Part shown: positions 11,888 to 21,300 of the stretch, piece by piece
How positions within the stretch are numbered: position 1 is the stretch's first letter
How the letters are laid out: each line of letters starts with the position of its first letter
Assembly (NCBI GenBank): GCA_041687695.1
Contig: JAWLBL010000052.1
Location: forward strand, 1 to 23,745
Direction of reading: 5' to 3'
DNA length: 23,745 nt
Source: Myxococcota bacterium
GTDB taxonomy: Bacteria; Myxococcota_A; UBA9042; PHBI01; JAWLBL01
Made by a program: the position numbers and the translations under genes
Notes under the pieces: model-generated
What the model saw: the letters and a program-made list of their open reading frames with translations, nothing else
Databases searched by the model: none
Told to the model about the DNA's origin: nothing

Positions 11888-11903
11888 ACTACACCGTGAA
11901 CCT

Positions 11904-11996
11904 GGTGTCAGGGTTCATCATTCTGCGAGAGTTGATGGGTGCCAGGGTTCAGTCACGGGCACGGCGAGAAAATGGAAAGTGATGAACCCTGACACC
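11904..11996. mobile_element. 93-bp MITE/REPIN-like element, copy 2
   Basis: Perfect 17-bp terminal inverted repeats GGTGTCAGGGTTCATCA / TGATGAACCCTGACACC. Confidence 0.7.
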
Positions 11997-12080
11997 TAAA
12001 GTTTGGACCTCGGCCTCGAGGTGTTTGCAAGTTGGGACTTGACCCCGGAGCCTCCAGCGACGCCGACCCTTTCCATCGCA

Positions 12081-12479
12081 TTAGTACCCTGACTCCTCAG
12101 CGATGGTGGGACAGGCGGTCGACACCACCGGCTCAGCCGAAAACCTGCAGCAGCCGGCACAGCTGAGCCCCTCGATGCTGATTCTGCAGCCTGTGACGAG
12201 GTCCTCGAAAACCCTTTCCGATCCCTGCGAATCGGCCGAGCAGGCAAGCGCCTCGCACCTGGCTCGCGGGTTCTCTCCCAGCACTCTTATCGGAGGGGCG
12301 GAGATCGCCATGTCGCAGGGAACTGGGTGACCGTTCACCCGGCAAGAGGCTGCCTCGGAATTCTCGCACGAACTACTACCCAACCCATCACACGAGAGGA
12401 GCGCGGAGAGACCGATGAGCCCCGAAAGGCCAATTCTCAGACACTGCCACCTTTGCGCTTTCGAAGTTTGATTCTTCAT
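12081..12479 (-). CDS. Small Cys-rich lipoprotein, paralog B (132 aa)
   Basis: Lipobox LLSC; starts 7 nt after the protease stop (TAGGACCATCATG); 79% identical to paralog A. Confidence 0.85.
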   Translation of the reverse strand: MKNQTSKAQRWQCLRIGLSGLIGLSALLSCDGLGSSSCENSEAASCRVNGHPVPCDMAISAPPIRVLGENPRARCEALACSADSQGSERVFEDLVTGCRISIEGLSCAGCCRFSAEPVVSTACPTIAEESGY

Positions 12480-12486
12480 GATGGTC

Positions 12487-15400
12487 CTACGGCATCGGCG
12501 GATAGTCAGTTATCGCCACGCCAGTTGGGTAAAACTGAAGCACGTATCCAGATGAGAATACATTCTGGTCTGTGAAGACTTCCACGTAGTAGTATCCGGT
12601 GCGTGGTGCTGTGAGAGCCATCTGGGAATTGCGCTGCAATTCGTCGGGGCTCCTGGCGACGCCACCTTGCTTATCCTGAAGTATATAGGTGGGGCTTTCC
12701 CAATAGACCTCGAAATTGTCGCGATTGCATTCCGCGACATCTATTTCAACATCGAATGCTCCCTCCATTGTTAAGAGTCGCAATGCCGCCCAGCCTGAGT
12801 TCGGATTTGCTTCGACATCTAGGTTAATGAACTCACCCTGATGGGCCCAAAAGCGAAACACATCCTTGTCCGAGGCGCCTGACAGTTCAGACGCAACCGA
12901 ACGGACGCTGTTAGGGTATATGATCGCTGGATCGTACAGGTCGAACGCGGTTGAAACAGTACTCCCGATGTCGATGCTCGATTTGAATGCGTACCGATAT
13001 GCTCCGATTGTACTTGAGGGGCTGTCTATACGAAAGTAGTACAATCCCTTAGCTAGAGTCGCCGTCTGCCAGGATCCGCAGTCGTCGCTACTGTATGCGC
13101 CAACAAAGTTCAGGTATTGATCGTAAATGGCAACCATCGGCTCGAAGTCACCATCTCGCGAGCAGAGAGAGTATCGAATGTCACCTGCGCTAGGTTGTAT
13201 GACATAGAACCAGTCATGGTCTGCCGGAGAGTCGCTGTTGATGAAAGCTGTTCGAAACTTGCCGTCTGGGGGGACGGGAGTAGCCGCTGAGAAGGTGTCC
13301 CCGTGATCGTCGTCTTGCTGAAGTACTTGAAGGTTGTAGGTTGCCAGCGAGCCAATATCGGAATTCCACGTTGAACTGTGATACGGAAACACGTGAATGC
13401 GATACACGCCTGACGCGTTGGGCCGGAACTTGAGGCAGGAGCACAGATTGCCACTGGCACATGTCGCGCAGTCGTCGTTGTGGCATGCTTGGGAACCCGT
13501 GCTGCCACACTCGTTGACCACGCTTGAACCAGTAGCATCCAGGATTTCCAAGATTGTGTCGACGCCGGCATGGCCCGTTTCCGTTCTGATCTCGTACTCC
13601 TCGCCTTCTCTGGCGACGAGGCCCCACTTGTCTAGATCGCCTACATGATCGAGAGCCAACGGCTTACATGACGATGGCGATGAGTACTCGCAAGTCGATG
13701 GGCCGAACTCGGCCGCCCCCCAGAAAGTGGTCGCTGTACTAATCATTGAGTCGTTCGGCGGGTTATTCATGAAGAAGAAAGGTGCGAGATACGACACATT
13801 GGTCATGTCGTCGGCATACGGGAACGAGTCAATGTGTGGGTCGTTGATACTTAGGACGCCTCCATTGCAGCTGATTTGCGGATCGGAATCGGTAATTCGG
13901 TTGTGAAATGCACGCGAGACCTCGAAGGCGGTCTGCCAGTGTTGGTTCCATGGATCGCGTGACTTTGTAACAAGGTGCCTATAGTAGCTATTCGAACTGC
14001 AATTTTCGAAGCAACACTCGTTGGCGCATCCGATCAGCCGCGTCGAATTGTTCAATAGGGGAAGGTGCCAGAGAATCGATTGAAACGCGAGGGGGCCAGC
14101 GAACAGCGCATAGTCATTAAAGATTGTTGTGAAGGGTACTCCAAGGTATGCGTCCTCACAAGAATAGTCGGCTGGAAAGGTGGAGTCGGCACGGACGTCG
14201 CGAGCCGGATGCTGGGATTCAAACGCGCTGAGCATTCCGGCGCCGAAGATCGCAAACTGTTCCGAGAAACACTCGGGACGATTCGGGCATAGCCAAGACG
14301 GTACGTCAATGTGGTAGCCTCGGCTTGCATGGTCGACTACATGGGTGTATTCATGGTAAATTGCGTTCCGGGTCATCACTTCGCCATCATTGTACAGCTT
14401 GTTAGTATCGTCTGCGTTCTTCCCACAGAAGATGTTCACGTCACACAGCGACGAAGTACACGAAGCCGAGCCCGCACTGCACATTGACGTGCAAGGATTC
14501 AGTGCGGGGTCCGGACTGAGGGCGCCGCAGGCGTTGCAGTCGGAATCGAAGTGCATTTTGAAGTTTGTCTTGCGCACGGGTTGTCCAAAGAAGTCCGCAA
14601 CGAAGTGTTTTGCATAGCTCAGATGATAGAATCCCTCAGTGCGCCGACTAATCTGACCGACCCATGGGATGATATGATTCGCCCCATCGGGCGACGTGAG
14701 TATGTCTACTAGTTCTTGTGTGTAGTCGGAAACTCCCGGTGATGTGTCATTGATGTCTGAACAGCCCCTGGATTGGCTGCGCGGGTCAAAAGCCCAGCAG
14801 TCGGTGCAGATCGATCCGTCGCTCGCCTGAGTAGGTGAGTCATAAAAGCCGTTGTAGTTAGTTGCCCCAACGAACTTCGTCGATGCTCCGCGAATCGGTG
14901 AGCCTGAAACACCACGATACAGATTCGCGCAAGGCAGAGGTTTCGGAGTCTTTCCTGTTGCCGTCGTGTAGGGTTCATTTGGATTCGTAGCCCCGGCGAA
15001 AATGGTCCCGGTTCTATGCGCGACTTGACGCTTGTTGTATAGAATCTCACCAGAGTATGCGTCGATGTACAACAAGTGCGCATCGCCTTCCAATTGAGCC
15101 TCGATCCGGTAAGCGAGAGTCGCTTGCGCCCCGGCAAGCACGACTAGCTCGCTACTTTCGGCAGTTATGGCACTCCCCAGTGCTACCTCAGCGATAAAGA
15201 TGGACTCATTTGCTGTCAATGTCCATTCCGGTTTGATATTGGCGTTCGGGTTGATGGGCCGTATGTGTGCAGACACGCTGGTGAAAAGTAACGTTTGGGT
15301 GGATTCGCTCGTATTGTGTGCAACCAGGTGAACGTGCATCAGGTCGTCATCAACTCTGTACCCTTTGTGATAACGCTCCAATGCAATTGTATAGCCCCAG

Positions 15401-15792
15401 ATGAAGTCGCCTGCGCGGTTCGTTATGATGCGGCTCGTGAGCATGTCATCAAGAGTGAGAGCGTATGCGGTAGCGATCTCAGGAAAGTACTCGAGAGCAA
15501 TCACATCGAAGGCTTTGGCCGGATCTGTGGTCTGCGTATCGAAGTTGAACCCGCCAAGGACCCCTACTGCGGTGGCATCTTCCTCAAGTGCAATTTCGAG
15601 AGTCCCGTTCGTCCTAAGTAGAAGATCGTTCACAGCATCCCGCTGTGCGGTGTTCAACTGGCTAAGGCCGACATGTGGGTGTCGGCCGCTGTGAGATACC
15701 GCCTGTGGATGTGGTTTCGGAACAGCGTATGAGTGGTCGTGTGCAAAGATGCACCCCGCACACAGTAGTGCAACGGATGTGATTCTATTCAC
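12487..15792 (-). CDS. Secreted zinc metalloprotease (gluzincin, M4/M36-like) with FTP/PepSY-like propeptide and PPC-like C-terminal domains
   Basis: Signal peptide; PepSY-like LAYRIEA...LLYIDAYSGEIL; HExxH in AIYHEYTH with downstream FSEQFA as candidate third ligand; PPC-like repeats (DLDKW...GEEYEIRT...DTILEILD, DDHGDTFSAAT, DHDWFYV, DKDVFRF). Visibly AT-richer than the flanks. Confidence 0.8.
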   Translation of the reverse strand: MNRITSVALLCAGCIFAHDHSYAVPKPHPQAVSHSGRHPHVGLSQLNTAQRDAVNDLLLRTNGTLEIALEEDATAVGVLGGFNFDTQTTDPAKAFDVIALEYFPEIATAYALTLDDMLTSRIITNRAGDFIWGYTIALERYHKGYRVDDDLMHVHLVAHNTSESTQTLLFTSVSAHIRPINPNANIKPEWTLTANESIFIAEVALGSAITAESSELVVLAGAQATLAYRIEAQLEGDAHLLYIDAYSGEILYNKRQVAHRTGTIFAGATNPNEPYTTATGKTPKPLPCANLYRGVSGSPIRGASTKFVGATNYNGFYDSPTQASDGSICTDCWAFDPRSQSRGCSDINDTSPGVSDYTQELVDILTSPDGANHIIPWVGQISRRTEGFYHLSYAKHFVADFFGQPVRKTNFKMHFDSDCNACGALSPDPALNPCTSMCSAGSASCTSSLCDVNIFCGKNADDTNKLYNDGEVMTRNAIYHEYTHVVDHASRGYHIDVPSWLCPNRPECFSEQFAIFGAGMLSAFESQHPARDVRADSTFPADYSCEDAYLGVPFTTIFNDYALFAGPLAFQSILWHLPLLNNSTRLIGCANECCFENCSSNSYYRHLVTKSRDPWNQHWQTAFEVSRAFHNRITDSDPQISCNGGVLSINDPHIDSFPYADDMTNVSYLAPFFFMNNPPNDSMISTATTFWGAAEFGPSTCEYSSPSSCKPLALDHVGDLDKWGLVAREGEEYEIRTETGHAGVDTILEILDATGSSVVNECGSTGSQACHNDDCATCASGNLCSCLKFRPNASGVYRIHVFPYHSSTWNSDIGSLATYNLQVLQQDDDHGDTFSAATPVPPDGKFRTAFINSDSPADHDWFYVIQPSAGDIRYSLCSRDGDFEPMVAIYDQYLNFVGAYSSDDCGSWQTATLAKGLYYFRIDSPSSTIGAYRYAFKSSIDIGSTVSTAFDLYDPAIIYPNSVRSVASELSGASDKDVFRFWAHQGEFINLDVEANPNSGWAALRLLTMEGAFDVEIDVAECNRDNFEVYWESPTYILQDKQGGVARSPDELQRNSQMALTAPRTGYYYVEVFTDQNVFSSGYVLQFYPTGVAITDYPPMP

Positions 15793-15979
15793 CTAGCTTC
15801 TCCGCAATCATTTGAGTACAGGTGTCTCTCGTCTACGGTCGCTTCTGTACTGCCATTGAAGTAATTCACGGCAGCAGGCGGCTTCTGAACCGGGCTGCAG
15901 GTGGCGTTAACAGGCAATTTGTGATACTCTGTTCTCCAACGCGGTATGTTAGGAATTAAGGCCGCATCCAGATGCGTGT

Positions 15980-16894
15980 TCAATAGCTACACATGTAGCA
16001 GCGCTTCATACGCGGGAGCTCCGACGGCCGCGATGATGGTGGAACGCTGTGCAGGACCTTTCCCGTCGCGCGGTCGACCAGGCGCCACGCGACCACGCGA
16101 GCAGAAAGGCCCTCAACGGGGATTGCGACTGCATCCTTGTCCTTGCTGCGAGTCAGCGGGTAGGGTTGCTTGCCGTAACTGGAGTACCAGTAGATCCAGG
16201 GTTTGAATTTCCGATCCAGCGTGATGAGGCTCTCGACCACGAGGACGCCATGTTTCCTGATGGCCTCGGCTTCCTCCTGGTCTGGTACTCGAATGAAAAG
16301 CTTGCGCTCTCTCGCGTGAAACACCTCAGAAAGGCCACTGGGCGCACCGTCGGTCAGACCCAGTCTGGTCCATTTGTTGGACTTCGCTCCACGACACTCG
16401 GCTTGCTCGCACTCCCTCAGCCTGTCGATGGGGTGTTGTTTTGGATCGGTGAACTTCGGCCGATCACCCAAGTCGCCGGAAAAGCGGACCTCGAATCCGC
16501 GCCTCTGGAAGTCATACGGCGCGACTGCCACGGCTGCGGGTGAGGATACCACCCAGATTGGACCCGGACCCGAAAGCAAGTGTTTGATGTATCGGTCCTT
16601 GCGTTCGTTGCACCGTGCTGTTCTGAACTCGTTGTCGTGTGGTGTCGAGCTGGTGGGCAACAGAGTACAGTCGCGGAACACCCGGCGTAGTATGCTTCCC
16701 GGATAGTCTGGGTGATCCGGGACGCGAGTAGCAAGAAGGTACTCGAACGTGCCGCGTTCGGGCGGCGGGCTTGCTTCTCGTGCGGCATCGGCCTCGGAAT
16801 CCGGCGCCCCTCTGTCATCACTGGCGACGGTCGGCCACGCCGCAAGCAGCATGGCGACGGCCAGCCCGGATCCAAGTAGTGAGTGATTCCGCAT
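15980..16894 (-). CDS. Hypothetical secreted protein
   Basis: Signal peptide LAVAMLLAAWPTVAS; 304-aa ORF co-oriented with its neighbours. The PYDFQRRGF motif is only loosely reminiscent of DUF4852. Confidence 0.7.
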   Translation of the reverse strand: MRNHSLLGSGLAVAMLLAAWPTVASDDRGAPDSEADAAREASPPPERGTFEYLLATRVPDHPDYPGSILRRVFRDCTLLPTSSTPHDNEFRTARCNERKDRYIKHLLSGPGPIWVVSSPAAVAVAPYDFQRRGFEVRFSGDLGDRPKFTDPKQHPIDRLRECEQAECRGAKSNKWTRLGLTDGAPSGLSEVFHARERKLFIRVPDQEEAEAIRKHGVLVVESLITLDRKFKPWIYWYSSYGKQPYPLTRSKDKDAVAIPVEGLSARVVAWRLVDRATGKVLHSVPPSSRPSELPRMKRCYMCSY

Positions 16895-16960
16895 AGACGC
16901 CTCTGAGTCCTGGGGGGGCCACGGACTGGTGGAGTTCTCGAACGCCTCGGCGCGTACGCG

Positions 16961-17494
16961 CTATGATCGGATTCGCAGCATCGAGAGCATGCCTGCCATG
17001 ATGAGGGCGGAGGCGATGAAGCAGAGGTAGACGCCTGGGCCGATGCTGACGCGGATGAAGTCGTTGCCTGGGGGCAGGCTCTCTTGCAGGAGGAGGTAGT
17101 AGCGCGTGGTCAGCAGAGCGCCGACGCCGCCGGAGAGCATGCCCACCCAGCCCATCATGTCCTGCTTGCGGGCGAGGGAGACGAGGCCGGCGATCATGGC
17201 GAAGACCCCGAAGGCCGTCAGGATGAGCGCCTCGTTGCCAGTCTTCTCGACACCGGAGGCCGACATGGGACCTGCGGTGACGAAGGGTAGGAAGGGGCCG
17301 ATGGCCAGGCCGACGCCGCCGATGAGGACGAGGACCTGACCGGCGAGGGAGACGCCGCGCACGGGCTGGCCCTTGGCGTCGAGGTCCGTCCCGCAGAAGC
17401 GGCACTTGACGGCCTCGACGCGGATGTCCTCGGCGCACTTGGGGCAAGGGCGGGTGTTCGGGGTGGGAGACGGGAATTCTGGTTGTGCGGTCAC
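16961..17494 (-). CDS. Zinc-ribbon domain membrane protein
   Basis: CPKCAEDIRVEAVKCRFCG ribbon followed by about four hydrophobic helices. Confidence 0.85.
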   Translation of the reverse strand: MTAQPEFPSPTPNTRPCPKCAEDIRVEAVKCRFCGTDLDAKGQPVRGVSLAGQVLVLIGGVGLAIGPFLPFVTAGPMSASGVEKTGNEALILTAFGVFAMIAGLVSLARKQDMMGWVGMLSGGVGALLTTRYYLLLQESLPPGNDFIRVSIGPGVYLCFIASALIMAGMLSMLRIRS

Positions 17495-17538
17495 TGAGTC
17501 ACCTCTCGATCGAGTCGTTCAGGGCGCAGGTTGGAAGG

Positions 17539-18312
17539 CTACTTGGGATCGATGCGGACGTTCAGGGTCAGGACGTCGGCGGTGCCGATCAGGGTGGCGG
17601 TGCCGGCGCGGATGAAGTCGACGATGTTGTCATAGCCCTTGCAGTTCGCCGTGCCGCTGAAGAACAACTCGTCGTCGGCGAACGCGTCGCTGTCATAGGC
17701 GCAGAACCAGATCTCTTGTCCGGCTGCAGTGACCGTCACGGAGGCCGACTCGTTCCAGACCGGCTTTAGGGTGTCGTGCTTGGTCGAAGTCGTCGCGAGG
17801 AGCTTGTTGATTGTCGGGAAGTAGATCCTGACGAAGGGATCCGGATTGGAGCTGTCGCCGTCGACCGAGTTCTGGGTGAAGTCGATGGTCGCGTTCTGGA
17901 CCGAGACCGTGTAGACGCGGCCGACGGCGCTGGTGCAGTCGCCGTCGAGGCAGATCTGGGTGCTGCTGCACTGCGAGTGGCTGGTGCAGGGGCAGTCGTT
18001 CGCGCAGTTCGCGAAGGACTCGGCCCCTGGGGTGCAGACGCCGTCGCCGCAGGTCACCTTGGGACCGCAGTCGGCGGCGCAGCTCGAGGCCGTCTCTCCG
18101 GACTCGCAGCTGCCGTTGCCGCAGACCGGGCCGCCTTCGCCGCCGCCGCAGTCGGCGGGACATACTGCAGGGCCCTCGCCGGTCTCGCAGAAGCCGTTGC
18201 CGCAGACGGGGCCGAAGCCGCCGCCGCCGCCGCCGCCGGCGGAGTCGCAGGCGGTGGCGAAGGCCATCGTGATCAGACTGAATCCCCAGATCGCGGCGGT
18301 GCGCGTGGTCAT
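17539..18312 (-). CDS. Lipoprotein with Cys-rich repeats and a C-terminal C2-like domain
   Basis: Lipobox FATAC; three CG[N/D]GxC...CxxDC repeats; C2 signature DPFVRIY...TSTKHDTLKPVWNE...YDSDAFADDEL. Confidence 0.8.
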   Translation of the reverse strand: MTTRTAAIWGFSLITMAFATACDSAGGGGGGGFGPVCGNGFCETGEGPAVCPADCGGGEGGPVCGNGSCESGETASSCAADCGPKVTCGDGVCTPGAESFANCANDCPCTSHSQCSSTQICLDGDCTSAVGRVYTVSVQNATIDFTQNSVDGDSSNPDPFVRIYFPTINKLLATTSTKHDTLKPVWNESASVTVTAAGQEIWFCAYDSDAFADDELFFSGTANCKGYDNIVDFIRAGTATLIGTADVLTLNVRIDPK

Positions 18313-18348
18313 TTGTCGTCCCCCCGAAGTGATTGCGAACGCTGCGGG

Positions 18349-21300
18349 TCACAGCGTGTACTTGGCTTGGCCCGTGGGGCGAGCTTGGCCGAGGAGGACG
18401 AGGGTGTCCAGGATTTCTTGGACCTGGTCGGTGGGGGCGCGTTTGAAGTGGCGGGCTAGGGATTCGGGGGTGACGGGGGTGGCGAGGGATTGGAGGGTGG
18501 CGCGGACGAGGCGGACGCGGTCGACGAGGGTGGGGGGCCAGGGGGGAGGGTCGGTGGGGGGCAGGGGGGAGGGGGCCGCGGCGGGGGTGTCGGGGGTGTC
18601 GGCGTCGGGCTCGGAGGTGGGCGCGGGGGACGAGGCGGCGGGGGCCTGGTAGTCGGGGCGCAGGTAGCGGACGAGGCCGCGGCGCTCCTCTTCGGCGCGC
18701 TCGGCGTTCAGGGCGACCAGGCGCTCGAGGATCTCTTCGTCGGTCAGGGTCGGCGGCCAGCCGTAGGCCGCGAAGACCGCCGCGTCGAGGTCGTCGTGCA
18801 GCTTGAGCAAGACCGAGCACAGGGCCTGCTCGTGGACCTTCTTGTCTTTGGCCGTGAGCGGGGTGCCCTCGCGCAGTTTGGCGAGCACATTGTAGGTGTT
18901 GGTCAGCGTCAGGTCCGGATGGGCCGCCTGCCGAGCCTTGCGGTGCGTGTCGAGGGCCTCGGCGAGGTCGCGGATGCGGGCGGCCTGGGGCTCGGTCGGG
19001 GCGGGGAAGGGGAAGGGGAGGAAACAAGTGGAGTTGATCCAAAGCGGACGATCTTCGAGGGTGCTACCTGCAGCCAGCATCCATGTGATGTGGATACGCG
19101 ACGAGAGACAACCAAGAAGCATTGAGTCGTCAGATGCGATGACATACATATTGTGATCGATGGCCACTTTGGGAGCCTCGAACACAAAGAGCCTATGTTT
19201 GGCTGCGAAATTCGTGACGATTATTCGGCCGAGGCCAGCGGTGGCCTTGCGGAGTCCGGGCCGAGCTTCTCCCCATATCCACCATCGTTCACGATGATTC
19301 TTACGAGCTACTTGGGCGCGTTGCGGGTAGACCGTATCCAGCAAGTGCTGATAGAGGACCGGATGGGCCGTCCGGGCGGTATCCTCGGTGAGACCGAAGA
19401 AGTCGATCACATGACGGTGGCTAGGAGTCTGCAGGAGATCCCGTCCGTTCTTCCACGGGCGTACGACGGAGGGCAAGGCATCCTCGGCATACCCAAGTTC
19501 CTGTAGCTCCTGCTGCGAGATGCAGAAGCCCTTGCCCACTAGAATGTAGCCTTGGAAACACAAGCCCGTGTTGGCTGCCAACTTCGATGCGGCACCAGCG
19601 TTGGCTCCTACCTTGAAGTCAGCGTTCACGTTGCCTGACTTCGTCTCCAGCAAGACATCGAACTCGCCATCGGCGGTGGGAAGCTCGGCAACCGACTGCG
19701 CTGACACGCCGGCAGACGAGCCATGGCAACCGACGCTCATGCTAATGCGTACAGCCGCACCATTTGCCGAGTCGATCCAAGGGTGGTCCGGCACGGCCCA
19801 AGCGAGCGAGATCCCTGCTTCCAAGTGGGGTTGAATCACCTTCCGCGCGAAGGTCTGCGTGATGCTGTTGGTCGTGATGAACCCGAACCGTCGGACTCGG
19901 CCCGAGCGGACGAGTTCAGCCGCGACATCCCACCAGTACAATACGAAGTCAGCCGTGTCGGGTACGTTGGGGTGTGCAGACCGAAGGGCCTGTACATAGC
20001 CGTCGCCGAGCGCGCCGCGCATGCGCTTGTTGCCGAGGAACGGCGGGTTGCTGACGATGAAGTCGGCCTCGGGCCACTCGGCGCGGCGGGCGTTGGTGTA
20101 ACGATAGAGGACGCGGGTGGCCGTCTCGTCGGGGACGTCCTTGCCGGTGACGGGGTGCTTCTTCATCGTCTCGCCGTCCCAGCGGGTGACGGGGCGGCCG
20201 GTGTCGTCGAGGACCACTTCTTCGGCGTCGAAGGCGAGGACGGCGTCGCGGTGCTCGATGTTGCGGAAGTCTCGGAGGACCGGCTCGGCGGGGGCGACGC
20301 GGCCGTGCTGGCGGTAGTGCCACTGCAGGTAGCCGATCCACAGGACCAGCTCGGCGATGGCGGCGGCGCGGGGGTTCTTCTCGATGCCCAGGAACTGGTG
20401 GGGGTCGACGGTGACGCCCGCCAGGTCCAGGGCCTCTTGCCCGGCGCCGAGGTCGGCGAGGGTCTCGAGGACCTCGCCCTCGAGGCGTTTGATGTGCTCC
20501 AAGGTGATGTAGAGGAAGTTGCCGGTGCCGCACGCCGGGTCGAGGACGCGGATGGCGCAGAGTTGGCGGCGGAAGTCGCGCAGGGTCTCGATGGCCTTGT
20601 CGTGGCGCTCGCGGCGGGTGCGCTCGGTGCCCGTCTCGTTGTGCAGCAGCGTCATGGCCGCCGCCTTGACCGTCTGCCACTCGTCGCGCAGGGGCTCGAT
20701 GACGGTCGGGAAGACCAGGCGTTCGACGTAGGCGCGGGGGGTGAAGTGGGCGCCCAGGGCGTGGCGCTCGGTCGGGTCGAGGGCGCGCTCGAGCAGGGTG
20801 CCGAAGATGGCGGGCTCGACCTCGGACCAGTTGGTGCGGGCGGCGTCGATGAGGAGATCGATCTGGGCGGCGTCGAGCGGCAGGACCGTGACGTCGTGGA
20901 AGAAGCGGCCGTTGAAGCGCAAGATGGTCTGGCGCAGGGCGGGCGAGAAGCCGCCGCGGTCCATGTCGCGCCACAGGGACTCGATCATGGCGGCGAGGCC
21001 GGCCGGGGTCTCGCGCATGTCGGCGAGCAGCTTGGTGAAGCCATCCTTGGGGAGCAGGCCCACGTCCTCGGCGAACATGGTGAAGAGGCAGCGCATCAGG
21101 AAGTCGGCGACGAGATCCGGGCTGTGGCCCTGGCGCTCCAGCGAGGTCGCCAGGACGGCGAGTCGCTCGGCGACGTGGGTGGTGACCTTGGCGGCGTGGC
21201 GGCTGGGGTCGAGGCTGAGCGGGTCGGTCCACAGGCGGCGGAGGCGGTCGAGGACCTTGGGGTCGGCGAGATCATCGAGCAGGAAGCGGTGGGTGGCCGG

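Noticed and set aside
15890..15980. Integron attC site (TCCTAAC...GTTAACG on the minus strand)
   Set aside because: The boxes do not fit RYYYAAC/GTTRRRY, there is no complementary L-box stem, the pattern is not repeated at other junctions, and no intI is present.
16912..16918. G7 homopolymer as a phase-variation tract
   Set aside because: Short, intergenic and unremarkable in GC-rich DNA.
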